Shown piece after piece: positions 29,745-46,720 of a DNA stretch of 64,000 nt (within the stretch, counting starts at the first letter, position 1; every line of letters starts with the position of its first letter). The position numbers and the translations under genes were made by a program. The DNA is from the human T2T-CHM13v2.0 reference genome, Homo sapiens, in the NCBI RefSeq assembly GCF_009914755.1, contig NC_060925.1; one strand, written 5' to 3'. The notes under the pieces were generated by a model that was given only the letters and a program-made list of their open reading frames with translations, did not search any database and had not been told where the DNA came from.

Positions 29745-30275
29745 GCTACCATTTAACCCAGCAATCTCATTACTGGGTATATATACCTCAAAGAGAATAA
29801 ATCAGTCTACCAAAGAGACACATGCACTTGTATGTTCATTGCTTCACTATTCACAATAGTAAATACATGGAATCAATCCAAGTACCATTAATGGCAAATA
29901 GGATAAATAAAATGGGTATATATATACCATGGAATACTACACAGCCATTAAAAATGAAATCACGTTATTTGCAGCAACATGGATGGAGCTGGAGGCCGTA
30001 ATCCTAAGCAAATGAATGTGGAAATAGAAAATAAAATACTGTATTTTCTCACTTATAAGTAGGAGCTAAACGTTAAGCACACATGGACATAAATATGGGA
30101 ATAATAGACACTGTGGACTACTTGGAGGGGGGCATGGGCTAAAAGCTACCTATTGGGTACTATACTCACTATGTAGGTGATGGGATCCTTACTCCAGTCC
30201 TCAGCATCACGGAATATTCCCATGTAACAAACCTGCACATGTACTCCCTGTATCTAAACTAAAAGTTAAAAAACA
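29745..30275 (+). mobile_element. L1PA15/16-like 3' end inserted in a MIR (MIR about 29690-29741 and 30276-30420)
   Basis: gagctaccatttaacccagcaatc...gtaacaaacctgcacatgtactccctgtatctaaactaaaagtt; MIR halves rejoin at aa(c)ctctct. Confidence 0.85.
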
Positions 30276-30699
30276 AAACCTCTCTGTTCTAATTTATCAT
30301 CTACAAAATAGGAGTAATGATAGGTTGTACATTGTAAGATTATTATGAAGATTAAATGAGCTAATCTATATAAAAATTTTTAAAAAGTGCTAGTAAACAG
30401 TTTGGACTTAATAAATGTTATCTATATTCATGAATGTCATTTTTACTATAATGATGGTGATGATGCTTTGGCATATCTTTTTGTAAAATAGAGAATAAAA
30501 AGATTTATCTATTAGTTGTATGATGAGGATTAAAATTTAAAATGTCTGGTTTAATAGGTCCTTAATAAATATGAACTATTATGATAATAGTGATTACTAC
30601 TAAAAATCATTCCCTATGTATGTTTAGCATTTCACAATATAATAAATGCTTTTATGTAAACAAATAAATAAAAAATATAAATTTATAAACATATAAAAA

Positions 30700-31010
30700 T
30701 GTGTGTGTATATATAGGATTTACAGTATCTACATATATGTATATATGTGGGTATATATATGTGGGTATATATACATATATGTGGGTATATACATATATGT
30801 ATATATGTGGGTATATATGCATGTATATATGCAGGTATATATAAATATACAGTATATATGTATATACACAAACGTGTATATGTATATATTTATGTTACAT
30901 GTATATACTGTAAATCATATATACACATATACACACACACAATGACACACATATATTTATATATTTATACTCACATATATTCATCAGTGTGAGTATATAT
31001 ATTTATATAA
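30700..31010. repeat. (TA/TG/CA)-rich low-complexity tract with repeated tatatgtgggta units
   Basis: Direct inspection. Confidence 0.9.
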
Positions 31011-31313
31011 ATAATTCACAATTGCACAAGAGATGAACAGGCCAGATTGTTCTATTCCTATGTATTATTCACATTTCATAGTTTGTTCATTAGACTACTG
31101 TGGTCTTCTACAGAAGATCTTTGAATTTGAATGTCTTACTACGTCTTTGCTGACACACACACACACACATACACACAGTTTCTGGTTGGTATGTGGACTA
31201 ACATAACACCTTCTGTTTAATTAATTCTGCATTCTTTTCTCCTTTCGTTTCTTCCATTGCTTTCCTACTTCCATAAGTATAACACTGGAATCCACATATT
31301 TAGAGAAATTTAC

Positions 31314-31636
<323 letters not shown>

Positions 31637-32929
31637 ATTTACTTATGTACTGTAGTTGTTCAAGATGAAGGTTACACACAGAGAACTGGGTATGTTATTT
31701 ATGAGCATATTTGCATTCATGTAGCATCTTAAATGTAGTTGGCAACCCTCTTCTAGCACAATGGACACCTGCTGGACTAACAATATGTTTATACAAGGAA
31801 AGTGAAAAATATCTACGTTTGCACACTGGCTGATGAAATGAAAATAGTTTAAACCAGTGATTTTTGTGTATAGCTTTCTTTTAACTTTTTTATTTGGGCT
31901 GAGAACCATGTGTGCAATGGTATGATGTTTATAAACATTTGAATGATAAATTTCTCTATGCACAGAGTTACCCAACAGTGTAGGTTTACAAGAAGACACT
32001 ACATTATTGAAAACAAAGTAATTAAATTTTCGAGGTCAAAGTTCAAGGAGGATCCTGCCCTTGAGACTCTCTTTCCCTCCTCAAGGAGAATGAGAAGCCT
32101 CACTGGGTTGGCAATTTTCGGAATAGAAAAATATAAAAAAAACCCTGACATCTTCCAGGCCTAGGAACACATCGTCTTTTGTCTTCGCCCTCACCAAACC
32201 TATGCAGAATGTTGTGGCACCTAAATCCCCGTTTCTGGGCTGGAGACTCAGCATTATCTCTTGTCAGGAAGTTGTCAGATCCCTGCATCTGCAGACCACA
32301 GATAATAGGGAAAAGGAACGTCAAGGTAAGATCTGTGTAATTAATTAGCTTGTTGAGCAAACAGTTGAAAGGGAAATGAATTTATTAATTTTTGAAATGT
32401 ATTTTTACCAGATTAAGAGAAGCTTTAGAGTTCTATCAAAAAACTTCCAGATCAATCAACAAGTGATACATATCTATATCTATATAGATATAGATATAGA
32501 AAATTCAGTGAATAAAAAAGAAGTTACATACTAATAAATATATTAGCATATTCTATCTGGTTCACCTGATAACCATATTTGCATAGTCATATTAGTTCAA
32601 TAATGACTTTTGTTTTTAATAGAAATTAAAATTACATAGGGCAGTTTAGGGGAGTAGGAAATATCATATGCTTCTCTTTGCATTATGTTTGTTAATATCC
32701 CATTGGCCAAAGCAGTCATGTAGCCAAACCTGACATCCACAGGGTAGAGAAATATATTCTCCCATGGAGATGAAGACACTAATGAATATTTTGATGAACA
32801 ATAATCTCACCTATGACACCTGCCATTCATCTGACATAGAAATTTCCGATGAATTAAAAATCTAAACTTAAAAAGCTAAGCTAACTTTTAAATTTTAATG
32901 GTTTTATACTGACACAATTTCAGACTTCT

Positions 32930-33300
32930 AAAGTTGTTGCTTGCAGCATTAGTCACAGTAGCCAAGACATGGAAATAACTTAAATGTTCCTTGCTGGATT
33001 CATACAGAAAATATGATATACATATGCAATGGGATATTATTCAACCATCAAAAAGAATGAAATTCTGCCATCTGTGACAACATGGATGAACCTTGAGGGC
33101 ATTATGCTAGGCGAAATAAGTCAGAAAGAGAAATGCAAATACTATATGATCTCATTTCTATGTGGAATTTTAAAAGTCAAACCCATGGAACATAGAATAG
33201 AATGGTGATTACCAGAGCCTGCAGGGTGAGGACATTTGAGAGATGTTGATCGAGGAAACAAACGTTCCGTTGTAAGATGAATAACCCCTGGAAATCTAAT
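32930..33300 (+). mobile_element. L1MB-like 3' UTR fragment
   Basis: gcagcattagtcacagtagccaag...acatggatgaaccttgagggcattatgctag. Confidence 0.75.
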
Positions 33301-33394
33301 GTGCAAGAATAATTTTGCTTTCCAAGATTATACAAAATATTTCTTGTATTTCATTAAAAATTCATAGTTTTTAACTCTTGTTGCAACTACTTTA

Positions 33395-33536
33395 TTTTTT
33401 TCCGGATTTATTGATGTACAATTGACAGATAATATTGTACACATTTAAGATGAACACTATGATGCTTAGATATATGTATATATTGTGAAATGATTACCAC
33501 AATCAAGTTAGTTAACACATGCATCACCTCATATAG

Positions 33537-33592
<56 letters not shown>

Positions 33593-33650
33593 GAGAAGAT
33601 TTAAGATCTACTCTCTCTGGAAATTTCAAGTATATAATACACTATTAATA
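33395..33650 (-). mobile_element. L1MA/MB 3' end carrying (TG)25 at 33541-33590
   Basis: tttattgatgtacaattgaca...attgtgaaatgattaccacaatcaag...ttaagatctactctc. Confidence 0.75.
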
Positions 33651-34126
33651 TTATTTATATCTTTTAATGGGAAATTCCCCAATTACCAGTGCTTATCTGT
33701 TTCTTATAGATTTGTAGGAGCTCTTTATCTGTTAAATATGCTGGATTCTTTTGCTCATCTTTTAAATTTTGAGTGATATATCTTTCTTTGTACAGAAACT
33801 TAAATTTCATATAGCCAAGTGTAAGTAAAACCTAAGGCTTTTCTCATAGTTTCTGCTATTCTTTTCTGTAAGTCGTAAGTAAATTATCACATCATAGATT
33901 TTCCCATAAACAACATAACTTAGGCATGTTGCTCCAGATTTGATGAGATGAAAAAATTTTTAATGTCCCTGAAAAAATATGTGTATATAATCAATATACA
34001 AATAAACCTTAGCAAGGAAAGATAACTACATAGTAACTGTTTATTAGTTGCTATTCACTGAAACAAAAGAAATCATAGAAACTGAATGAATATGCAACCT
34101 CTGTCAGTCATAAAACATTGTTAACA

Positions 34127-34465
34127 GGCTGGGTGCGGTGGCTCATGCCTGTAATCCCAGCAATTTAGGAGGCCGAGATGGATGAATCACCTGAGGTCAG
34201 GAGTTAGAGATAAGCCTGGCCAACATGGTGAAACCCAGTCTCTACTAAAAATACAAAAAAACAAAACAAACAAACAAAAAAGCTGGGCGTGGTGGCAGGC
34301 ACTTGTAATCCGAGCCATCAGGAGGCTGAGGCAGGAGAACTGCCTGAACCCAGGATGGGGAGGTTGCAGTGAGTCGAGATGGCACCACTGCACTCCAGCC
34401 TGAGGGACAAGAGTGAAACTCCGTCTCAAAACAAACAAACAAACAAACACCCAAAAATAAAAACA
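34127..34465 (+). mobile_element. AluS (Sq/Sx-like)
   Basis: Full dimer with (AAAC)n tail. Confidence 0.93.
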
Positions 34466-34555
34466 ATCTGTTAAGATAGAAAAAATATAATATGGCTACA
34501 AAATAATGACAATTATCTATTCAAATAAAATAAAAGAGAGCACTTTTATATTGTG

Positions 34556-34764
34556 TTTTTTACACATAGCAACATTTAATATTATTCTTGTATTTTTCAT
34601 TATCTGTAATATATCAACTGCATTAATCCCTTTCCACAATATTTTATCCAGTTAAATTTTTTTACACATAGCAACATTTAATATTATTCTTGTATTTTTC
34701 ATTCTCTGTAATATATCAAGTGCATTAATCCCTTTCAACAGTATTTTATCCAGTTAAGTTTTTT
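34556..34764. repeat. Two-copy tandem duplication, period 102 bp
   Basis: tacacatagcaacatttaatattattc... starts at 34561 and 34663; about 5 substitutions between copies. Confidence 0.93.
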
Positions 34765-35750
34765 TATTTTTTAAATTGACACATCATTGTTTGTATTAGT
34801 CCATTCTCACACTGCTATAAAGAACTACCTGAGACTGGGTAACTTATGAAGGAAAGAGGTTTGATTGACTCACAGTTCTTCAGGCTTAACAAGAAACATG
34901 ACTGGGAGGCCTCAGGAAACCTACAATCATGGCCAAAGGTGAAGGGGAACCAAGAACTTTCTTCACGTGGCAGCAGGGGAAAGAGAATGTGTGGTGGAGG
35001 GGAAGTGCCACACACTTTTAAACCATCAGATTTTGTGAGCACTCACTCACTATCACAAGAACATCATGGGGGAAATCTGCTCCCATGATCCAATCACCTG
35101 CCACCAGGTCCTTCCCCCAACACTGGGAATTACAATTCAACATAAGATTTGGGTGGGGACACAGAGCCAAACCATACTGTTGTACACATTTTTTGGGTGA
35201 ATGTGATATTTTGATACATGTATACAATCTGTAATGATCAAATTAGGCCAATTGAGATATACATCACCTGAAACATTTATCTCTTCTTTGTGTTGGGAAC
35301 ATTACAATTCTTTCTCTTCTAGCTATCTAAAAATATGCAGTAAATTATGGTTAATTATAATATCCCTTATTTACTATCAAGTACTAGAATGTATTCCTTT
35401 TATCAAATTGCGTTTTTGTACCCATTGACCAACTTCTCTTTATACCTCTTTGCTTCCTTTCCCTTTCCAGCATCTGGTAACCATCAGTCTACCTCCATGA
35501 TATCCACTTTTTTCACTCCCATGTATAAGTGAGAACATGTGATATTTGTCTTTCTGTGCCTGGCTTCTTTCACTTAACATAATGACCTCCAGTTCCATTC
35601 ATGTTGCCGCAAATGACAGGATTTCATTCTTTTTGTGGTATATATACTACACTTAAAAATCCATTCATCTGTTGATGGACACAGGTTGATTCCATATCTC
35701 GCCTATTGTGAACAGTGCTTCAATAAACGTGGGAGTGCAAATATCTCAAG
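34759..35750 (-). mobile_element. L1MA 3' end interrupted by an MSTA LTR
   Basis: T-tail, ttttgatacatgtatacaat, gtgagaacatgtgatatttgtctttctgtgcctggc. Confidence 0.8.
34792..35176 (-). mobile_element. MSTA solo LTR
   Basis: tgtattagtccattctcacactgctataaagaactacctgagactggg...gacacagagccaaaccata. Confidence 0.9.
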
Positions 35751-35889
35751 TCTTTAATCTATTTTGAGTTAGTATTTGTAGGTCTGGTTAAATTTTAAAA
35801 GGGTAACAGATTCATTAACTAGCACAGTTAAAACCAGTTTAAAAACGCCTGGCTAAGATTTGCTAAAAACCTGACTAAGATTTGCTAAG

Positions 35890-37100
35890 GTTCTTGGATC
35901 GACATCTTCCACCAAATTTGGGAAATATTTGGCCATTATTAATTCAGAATATTTTTCCTCCCTGTTCTTTTTCTCCTCTCCCTCTGGTACTGCAATTATA
36001 TGGGAACCTACTTGGAATTATCCCACAGATCACTGCAGCTCTCTGCAGTTTTTTGAAATATTTTTTCTTTCCATTCTTCAGATTATGTAATTTCTGTTAA
36101 TCGTCTTCAGATATGTGAATCCTTCCTTCTCTGGTTCCAATGTACTGTTCAGCCCATCAAGATTATTCTTCATTTCAGATATTTTACTTTTCAATTCTGA
36201 AATTCTCATTGGGTCCTTCTTATAGTTTTCATTTCTCTGCAAAGTTTTCTCATTGTTTACTCATATTCATTCTTTTATTTAAGTCCTTGAAAAATATTAA
36301 GTTCTTGCAAGCTAATTTCAACAGTTATGTCATTTCAATATTTATACTTTTTTCTTGATTATAGGTTAGATCTAATAATTTTTATTGTATATTGGACATT
36401 CAGACGATAATTAAAGGGGTTCCTGATTATGTTAACTTCCTTTAAAAGATTTGGAATTTTGTTCTGGCAGGCAGCTAAAATATGTTTTTTCCCTGTAAAT
36501 CTTGATTTTATTCTTTGAATGCTTTTATTTTGTTTTTGAATGTATGGCATCTTTCTTTCTGTATAATGTGGTCTCTACTCCTAAAGAAAGGCCTTTCTGG
36601 TTTCTCAATGCTTGAGATGTTTAGTGTCATGTCTCTCCCTACTGGCTGAGCTGGAACTCCAACTCTCTAATTTCTGACAGTTTTGTTTATCTCTCAATCT
36701 CTCAGCAGATGATATCTGCTAGGCCCCTCAGAGACCCATGATGATTAATGAGTCTTTTGAGCCCATCCTCTGAGTGGCTCTTTCTTCTCTGGTGCTCTGG
36801 CCTATAAACTCTAATTGCTTCTGCTGCCTATGACTCTGACCTCATCCTCTTCAGCTCAGAAACATTGCTGCTCATCTCATTGTATTCCTTCTGTCTGCCC
36901 ACAGCACAAAAGCCATTCCAAATCCAAATCCCAGGAGATCACTGGTGTATTTATGTGTGTTTCACATCTAGCAAAAATCATAGTTCTGCACTAACAGTGC
37001 TCAGTTCCCAAAAATAGAAACCTCATTTATTTCCTACCTTTTTTTTTAGTTGTTTACATCAGGAGGGCGAGTCTTGTACTAGCTACCCTGTCATTCCATC
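35890..37100 (-). mobile_element. Old L1M ORF1/5' region remnant
   Basis: ccaaatttgggaaatatttggccattatt...cctctggtactgcaattata. Confidence 0.6.
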
Positions 37101-38035
37101 ACAATGGCCAAACTAGTTTGGTTTCACAAAAGGCATCAAATATTTCCTGTGTGTCTTTGTGTTAAGCACTATTTTACACATATGAACTATTTATTATCTC
37201 ATCATAACAAATTTCGGAAAAGCTTGGGGTTGACGGTAAATGCTATGTCAACACAGATCAGCCAAAGACACAGTTTCAGACACTTTCTTTCTCTCAGCTC
37301 CAAAGCTGTGCCTGCATAAAACTAAAATAAACAGATGGAAAGCAAAACATGCTGAGGGGTACAAAAATCCACATGTGTGGAGAAAAGTACCAGAAACAAC
37401 ATCTAATTTTTCCATTCATATAGACTCTCTAAGAGTGAAATTATACTTCATGAATATAAATATCCAAACAAAGACAACCAGCTGAAGCAAAGTAGTGTTT
37501 GCATCAACTTCCACATATTTGTTTAGACTTTCCCAAATAATGTGCTTAATTAAAAATAACCTTCAGGTGCAATGAGTTGAGTTGTTCAGTTTATTCAAAG
37601 TAACTTGCTCTTATTTGAGTGACTAGATGCATTTTTATTTTTGTTTTGGGTGAATTCAGTATCCTGAAAATGGCCAACACTTATTTGAATAATTTAAATT
37701 ATTTCTTTTCAAATAAAATGTTTAAGATATAACAATTGCTTCTTACACTAACATTCTAAAAGGATAATCTTAGAGGTGAACTGAGGTCAATTGCCATGTA
37801 TAAAGCTTATTCTGACTTCATATTTTTGAAGATTAGCCTTTTATTTACAACAATTTTTCTACTCAATGCATCATTGCTACAGGTTTTGGTTTAAGAAGTA
37901 ACCCTAGATATATCTTAAGATCTTCACTAGGGGACAGGGGTTTTAAACATCATTGCCATCATCATTCTTGCATCATATCCTCATCACATGAGCTTTGGTT
38001 CAAAAATCAGATTTTAAACGATTTCAAAGTCAGAC

Positions 38036-38334
<299 letters not shown>

Positions 38335-38554
38335 TTATATGTGTCTGTTGGAATATAAGAACCAAAGCACCATAAACTCCAGCTATAAAATTTGCTTGTT
38401 ATTAATACACAAAGAAAGTGAATATTAAGAGACGAAGTCTGAGCCAAGAAAATAAAAAAAGTAATTATTTTTGGTTTAATTTATACATGCCATTTTTGCA
38501 CAAAATAGTGCCAAAATTTAATGTCACATTCAAACTTTAAAATTCATTGAAGCA

Positions 38555-40860
<2,306 letters not shown>

Positions 40861-40942
40861 AATTGACTTTTTAAATATGAGACTATAATAGGACCTGATA
40901 ATATCTTCTAATAAATGAATATAGGAAAATCACCTTGATTTA

Positions 40943-41310
<368 letters not shown>

Positions 41311-43884
41311 CGGAGAATATTTTTTAAATATTCTCCTATTTGAAAATAGAATTTCTTAATACTTTTGAGTTCAAACAATGGAAGTAAAGAGATTTGGTCA
41401 CCAATTTAAAAACTAGTTTGTCTGTGTAATTACAATTTCTTTTCTCTCTGAGTGTAAACAAAATATTTAGGATCAGTTTATTGCTTGTAATGTGTCATCA
41501 TTTCTCTCTTTCTTTTTTTTTCTCACCCATTTAATTTGTTTACTCTTTTTTCCCCTGTGTTTCCAGCAACATAGGAGGATTTAGAAACAAAACTGTCTTG
41601 GGCAGAGGGAGATGATGGCAAATGGATGAAAAACTGGCTTCTTGTTTTTGGTGGTTACTATAGCAATAATCATGATGGGAGATTTTTAGCCGCAAGTGGT
41701 TTCTATAACAACATGATAGGGTGCTTTAGAAATAGACCTGAGGTAAACAGATTCTTTAAGGGCCTCTTAACCCCTTTTATCCCACAAAATTAGCATCCTC
41801 TTGGAGGATGAATATTAGTTGGCTTATTTGATGAAACGCTTAAAATCTTGCTTTTGTTTTGTAAAGATTAAATGGTTAATTATTCTATAAAGACCTGGCC
41901 TTAGCCAATCAGCTCTTAGGCTCCTTCACTTCAGGAAATAATTGATAGCATCCCTACTTTATTTCTGCACAGCAAATTCAAATAGCCTTAAAGATATGCA
42001 TTTCATAGTATTCACCAAAAATTGGAAAACCATAAATAGTCCTCGTGAGAAAGTGTGTTCACTCTGACATAGATCACTCAAGGGCTCTTGCTTTACTAAT
42101 ACTTCATATACACTATGATTTCACCTATTGGGCTCCCTGACAGGTGGAGCTTTTCCTACTCTAACTAATGGAGTCTGAATACTCATCCTTTATTAGGCTA
42201 TTCAGTGTGTGCCAGAATAGACCTGGTCCCTATTGAGTTATAATTCACTAGGTATTACATGGGGAAGTTTAGTAATTTTTTGAATTTATTAAATTTTAGT
42301 ATCATAAAAACTGACATAGAAAAAAGCAAAGGCCTCCATTTCATACATAAGCATCCTTCAGGAGCCCTTATAAGTGAAAGATCAAGGGGAATTTATGACA
42401 GGAATGTGGTACAGGAGTAGATGGTGGTAGGCAAGAAATAATTTTTCAAGAGAAAGAAAGATGGAAGGCTTAAATTTAGTTAAGTAGTTAAACAGAGGAA
42501 GATGGGGATCAAGTTTGGTTGACTTTAATAGTGAGTTATTGATTATCTACTCTATGTTGTACACTATAGGTATATACAATGTTGAATAGTATATGGGATT
42601 TATTTTAAAAACTAAATTATCATATCAAGTAAAGCACTCTTATTAAACTATTAATTAAATTAATTGATTTGAAGTGGCCATATATTTACAAGAATGATTT
42701 CATTTATGTTATGATGTCTCATGCATTTTCTACAGTAGAGCCATCCTTATACTTTTATTCTTTTCTATTCAGTTAAGCTGCCAATTCAAAACATCAGATA
42801 TTCTCTTTCAAATCTCAGAAGGATGTCAGCAACCATGCATCTCCTTCTCTCTGATTTCAAACAGTACAAGCTATTCCCATTTCCCTGGTGTTTTGTGCTC
42901 AGCAATGAAGCCTCGGAATTCATTACGTAATCACTTGCCATAGCCTTCTGGGGTGGAGTTTGCCAAATGGATCCCTGGGAGATCAAGACCCATTCTCCAT
43001 GTGTGCCATAGGGCTATGCACATGAGCTGAGGCATGTCTGTATTCACCAAGGCCCTGCTCAGAACAGCATGTGCCAGAATACACTGGGCAAGGAGCCATT
43101 CATAAATTCTTGAAAAATCTTATCCAGACCAAAGGCACAATGGCATTGTAGTTGTTGTGCTCATTGCCATGGGGCTTTTAGCTGAATAAAAAGAAAATAA
43201 AAAATATATTCATGATGACTTCCAAGTTATCCAGTAACCACAGTAACCTAGGTTTTCCCCAAATTTGGTCCACAACTTTGAGTCACCTGACAGAAACAAA
43301 TCATTCTGTCTTTGTTCAAGCATAGTGAGCCATAGAGTGAGTGAAACAAATTTCCCTGGGATAAAAACCAATGAATCAGCAAAGCAAACAATCATCATAT
43401 ATTTATTTTACTATTAGAAGGTGGTATTCAAAATGTCATCAAAACCAAATACATACCTCATACATACAGGCATACTGAAAAGCATATATTATAGTTCCTG
43501 AACTTAAAGAGTTTGTTTGCTAATTGTAAGGACAAGTCTTCATATATGGCATGAAGAACACTTTAGGTTGCATATAGATAAGTGTTCAATTGTATCTTAA
43601 CAATAATAAATTCTGTGGCTGCTCAGGCCAGGAGCTCAAGGGGTATGTAAAAATATGAGGAGGATTAATGGGAAAAGTACACTTTGCATTGGACTTCTAA
43701 CAATTTGAATATACATCACAGTTAAACTCTCAGAAAGTATTCTGAGATATTTTTATTCATGGCTACTATAAGAAGAATGTCATAAAGAAGATAATTTAAA
43801 TTCTGGAGGAATAATGTCTTACTCATAACCACACATTATTTTTCTAGACTTTAGTTCTCTGTACAAAAATGCGAGAAAACTGTT

Positions 43885-44490
<606 letters not shown>

Positions 44491-44493
44491 GTA

Positions 44494-44652
44494 TAGGTGC
44501 TTGCTATTTAAGTGTAGTATGTGGACCAACAGCATCAGTATTACTTAGGAGCTTACCATAAATGCCAAGTCTGAGGCCCCACTCCTCCTGACTCTGCAAG
44601 GTTAACAAGATCCTCAGCAGTTCATATGAACATTAATGTTTAGAAAATGCTG
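44494..44652. mobile_element. MER5B-like hAT MITE
   Basis: ggaccaacagcatcag...ggagctt...ttaacaagatcc...ttagaaaatgctg. Confidence 0.65.
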
Positions 44653-46139
44653 ATCTAGATAATGTTTTAGATGTTTCTTTTTATGACTCTGTCTTCCTTT
44701 TCATTTGGATTTTTTTCAAATAAATATTTTACAGTCTGGGCATCCTGACCTAGCACATATTAGATGCATAAACTTGGGGAAGTTATCTGACATTCCTGAA
44801 ACTCAATTCCATATTTATAAAATGGATGTAATACCTCCAATCCCATAATTTTTCTATAGGGGTTAAATGAAACACAAGAATTATGAAAGGAACCAATAAA
44901 TTGGAGAAATTTTTATAATATCAAAAATAATATTGAAAAATTAGATTATTCTAATTATTTTCATTCTTATATTGATTGCCAATACTATTTTGATGTACAG
45001 TGGAATGAACTAGAGTTCGAAGGGCTGTTTTCATTTATTTTACAAATGTCACTTTTTTAACATTAATTGTGTATAATAAAACTTAGCACACTGATAAGTC
45101 TCTAGTAGAGATATTAAAACTTTTGGATCTTCTTTTAGAACAAAAGTGTTGTGTAGCTAAATTTTCCTGCACCATCATTATATAATTGACATTGAAATTA
45201 TATCTGTTCGTTGATCGATTCTGCAAAACATGGCTTTATGGAGCGGGAAAAAACTTTTTCGTCTTTGTTCAGAACACTTTTAGCTTTACTGTGAGAATTT
45301 CAATTTGCTAGAGGCAAATAAACTAGTAAAATATGTCTATTCCATAGTAAAAGGGGTCATTCAAAAGCCTGTCCTTATTAAAATATACATTGATTATAAT
45401 AAGGTCAGTGATTTCAGGCCTGATTAGCTTTAAATAAATGTAATGTCAAAGGAATATAATTAGTTCCTCATTAAAATTTTTCATGATTGACAGTGAGTAA
45501 AAATGACCTTCACAACTTGCATCATTTAGTCATGTTCTAAGGATGACAAAGGGCAGGGCATCTTCTATGAGGTAAATGTGTATGATTGCAGCCTGAGGCA
45601 CATGCACTTGGTCCCTTACCCTACCTAACCCTAACGCCCAAGACCTGATCCAAGCCAGACCCTGTGCTTAGGTGTGTAGGCTGTGTAAAGGAGGACCCAG
45701 AAGCTTTGATTCTCATGGGGATGCTTTGAGAGAAAAAGAAACCTTTGAACCGGCAGGACCTGATTTCATCTGTGATGATGCTGATGATCAGAAATTATAT
45801 ATAAAAGCAAATAGCAACGTGCCTATCAGATATAGGGGATTTAAAATATGTTGACAGAAAACTTTCTCAGTGAGGCCACTGACCTTCTAAAGAGGAGCTA
45901 ATAGTAGAATAGGGATATTAAGATACAGGTGATGTCAATGAATTTTGGCCAAAACCAATCTTCTTACCTGGAGTAAGAAAGTCGTGTTTCAAGGAGTTTG
46001 CATGAGTATTAATTGTGGTTGATGATGATGGGAACCTGCCCTGATTATTAGGTATGATTCTCAGAGAATGTGTGCTGGTGCTAAGCTTGCATTTCTCAGA
46101 ACCCCCAAAACTCTCTTTGCAATATTATATAGTTTCATT

Positions 46140-46720
46140 TTCTTGAACTTATTCATTTGTTAAATATGCATTTACTAAGCACCAACTATGTACATGGCAC
46201 TCTGCTAGTCAATAGACAAATAATAAGATATATGTACTTTGGACCCTGCATTGAAAGAAAAAGCAAATAATGTTTTTTAAAAAACTACTTTATGCTTGAT
46301 TGTTATAAGGAACTTTATGTGTATTATCTCTTTTATTCCTAATAATAATAAGAACAAGGATGATTGATAATGCTCACTCTGTGCCAAGCCCTGTTAGGCA
46401 TTTTATGTTCATTAATTTAACCCTTTATAACAACTCTATGAGATAGGTGCCATTTTTACAAAAATGGAAACTGAGGCAGAGCGATGTTATCTTGATAAAA
46501 CTCATAGACTTAGTAAGTGGCAGAGCCAGGATTTAAACCCAGGCACCAAACTTCATGCGCTTATCCACTATATATATGGCTCCACATCATTTTCTTTAGT
46601 AATCAGGACACTGAGGCTCAGTGAAAATGTTTTTTCTTAAAGTCACAGAGATGGTAAATACTAGAACCAAAATTTAAATCTCTGTCTACCATAAAAATGT
46701 CCTCTTCTCACTATATTAAA
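46140..46720 (-). mobile_element. L2 3' tail followed by two MIR fragments
   Basis: catttactaagcaccaactatgtacatggcac; ggaaactgaggcagag...ggcagagccaggatttaaaccc. Confidence 0.65.

Noticed and set aside
30683-30992. Tyr/Ile/Cys/His-rich ORFs
   Set aside because: Translation of a (TA/TG)n low-complexity tract.
45618-45640. ccctacctaaccctaac telomere-like motif
   Set aside because: Only about two units; consistent with chance.
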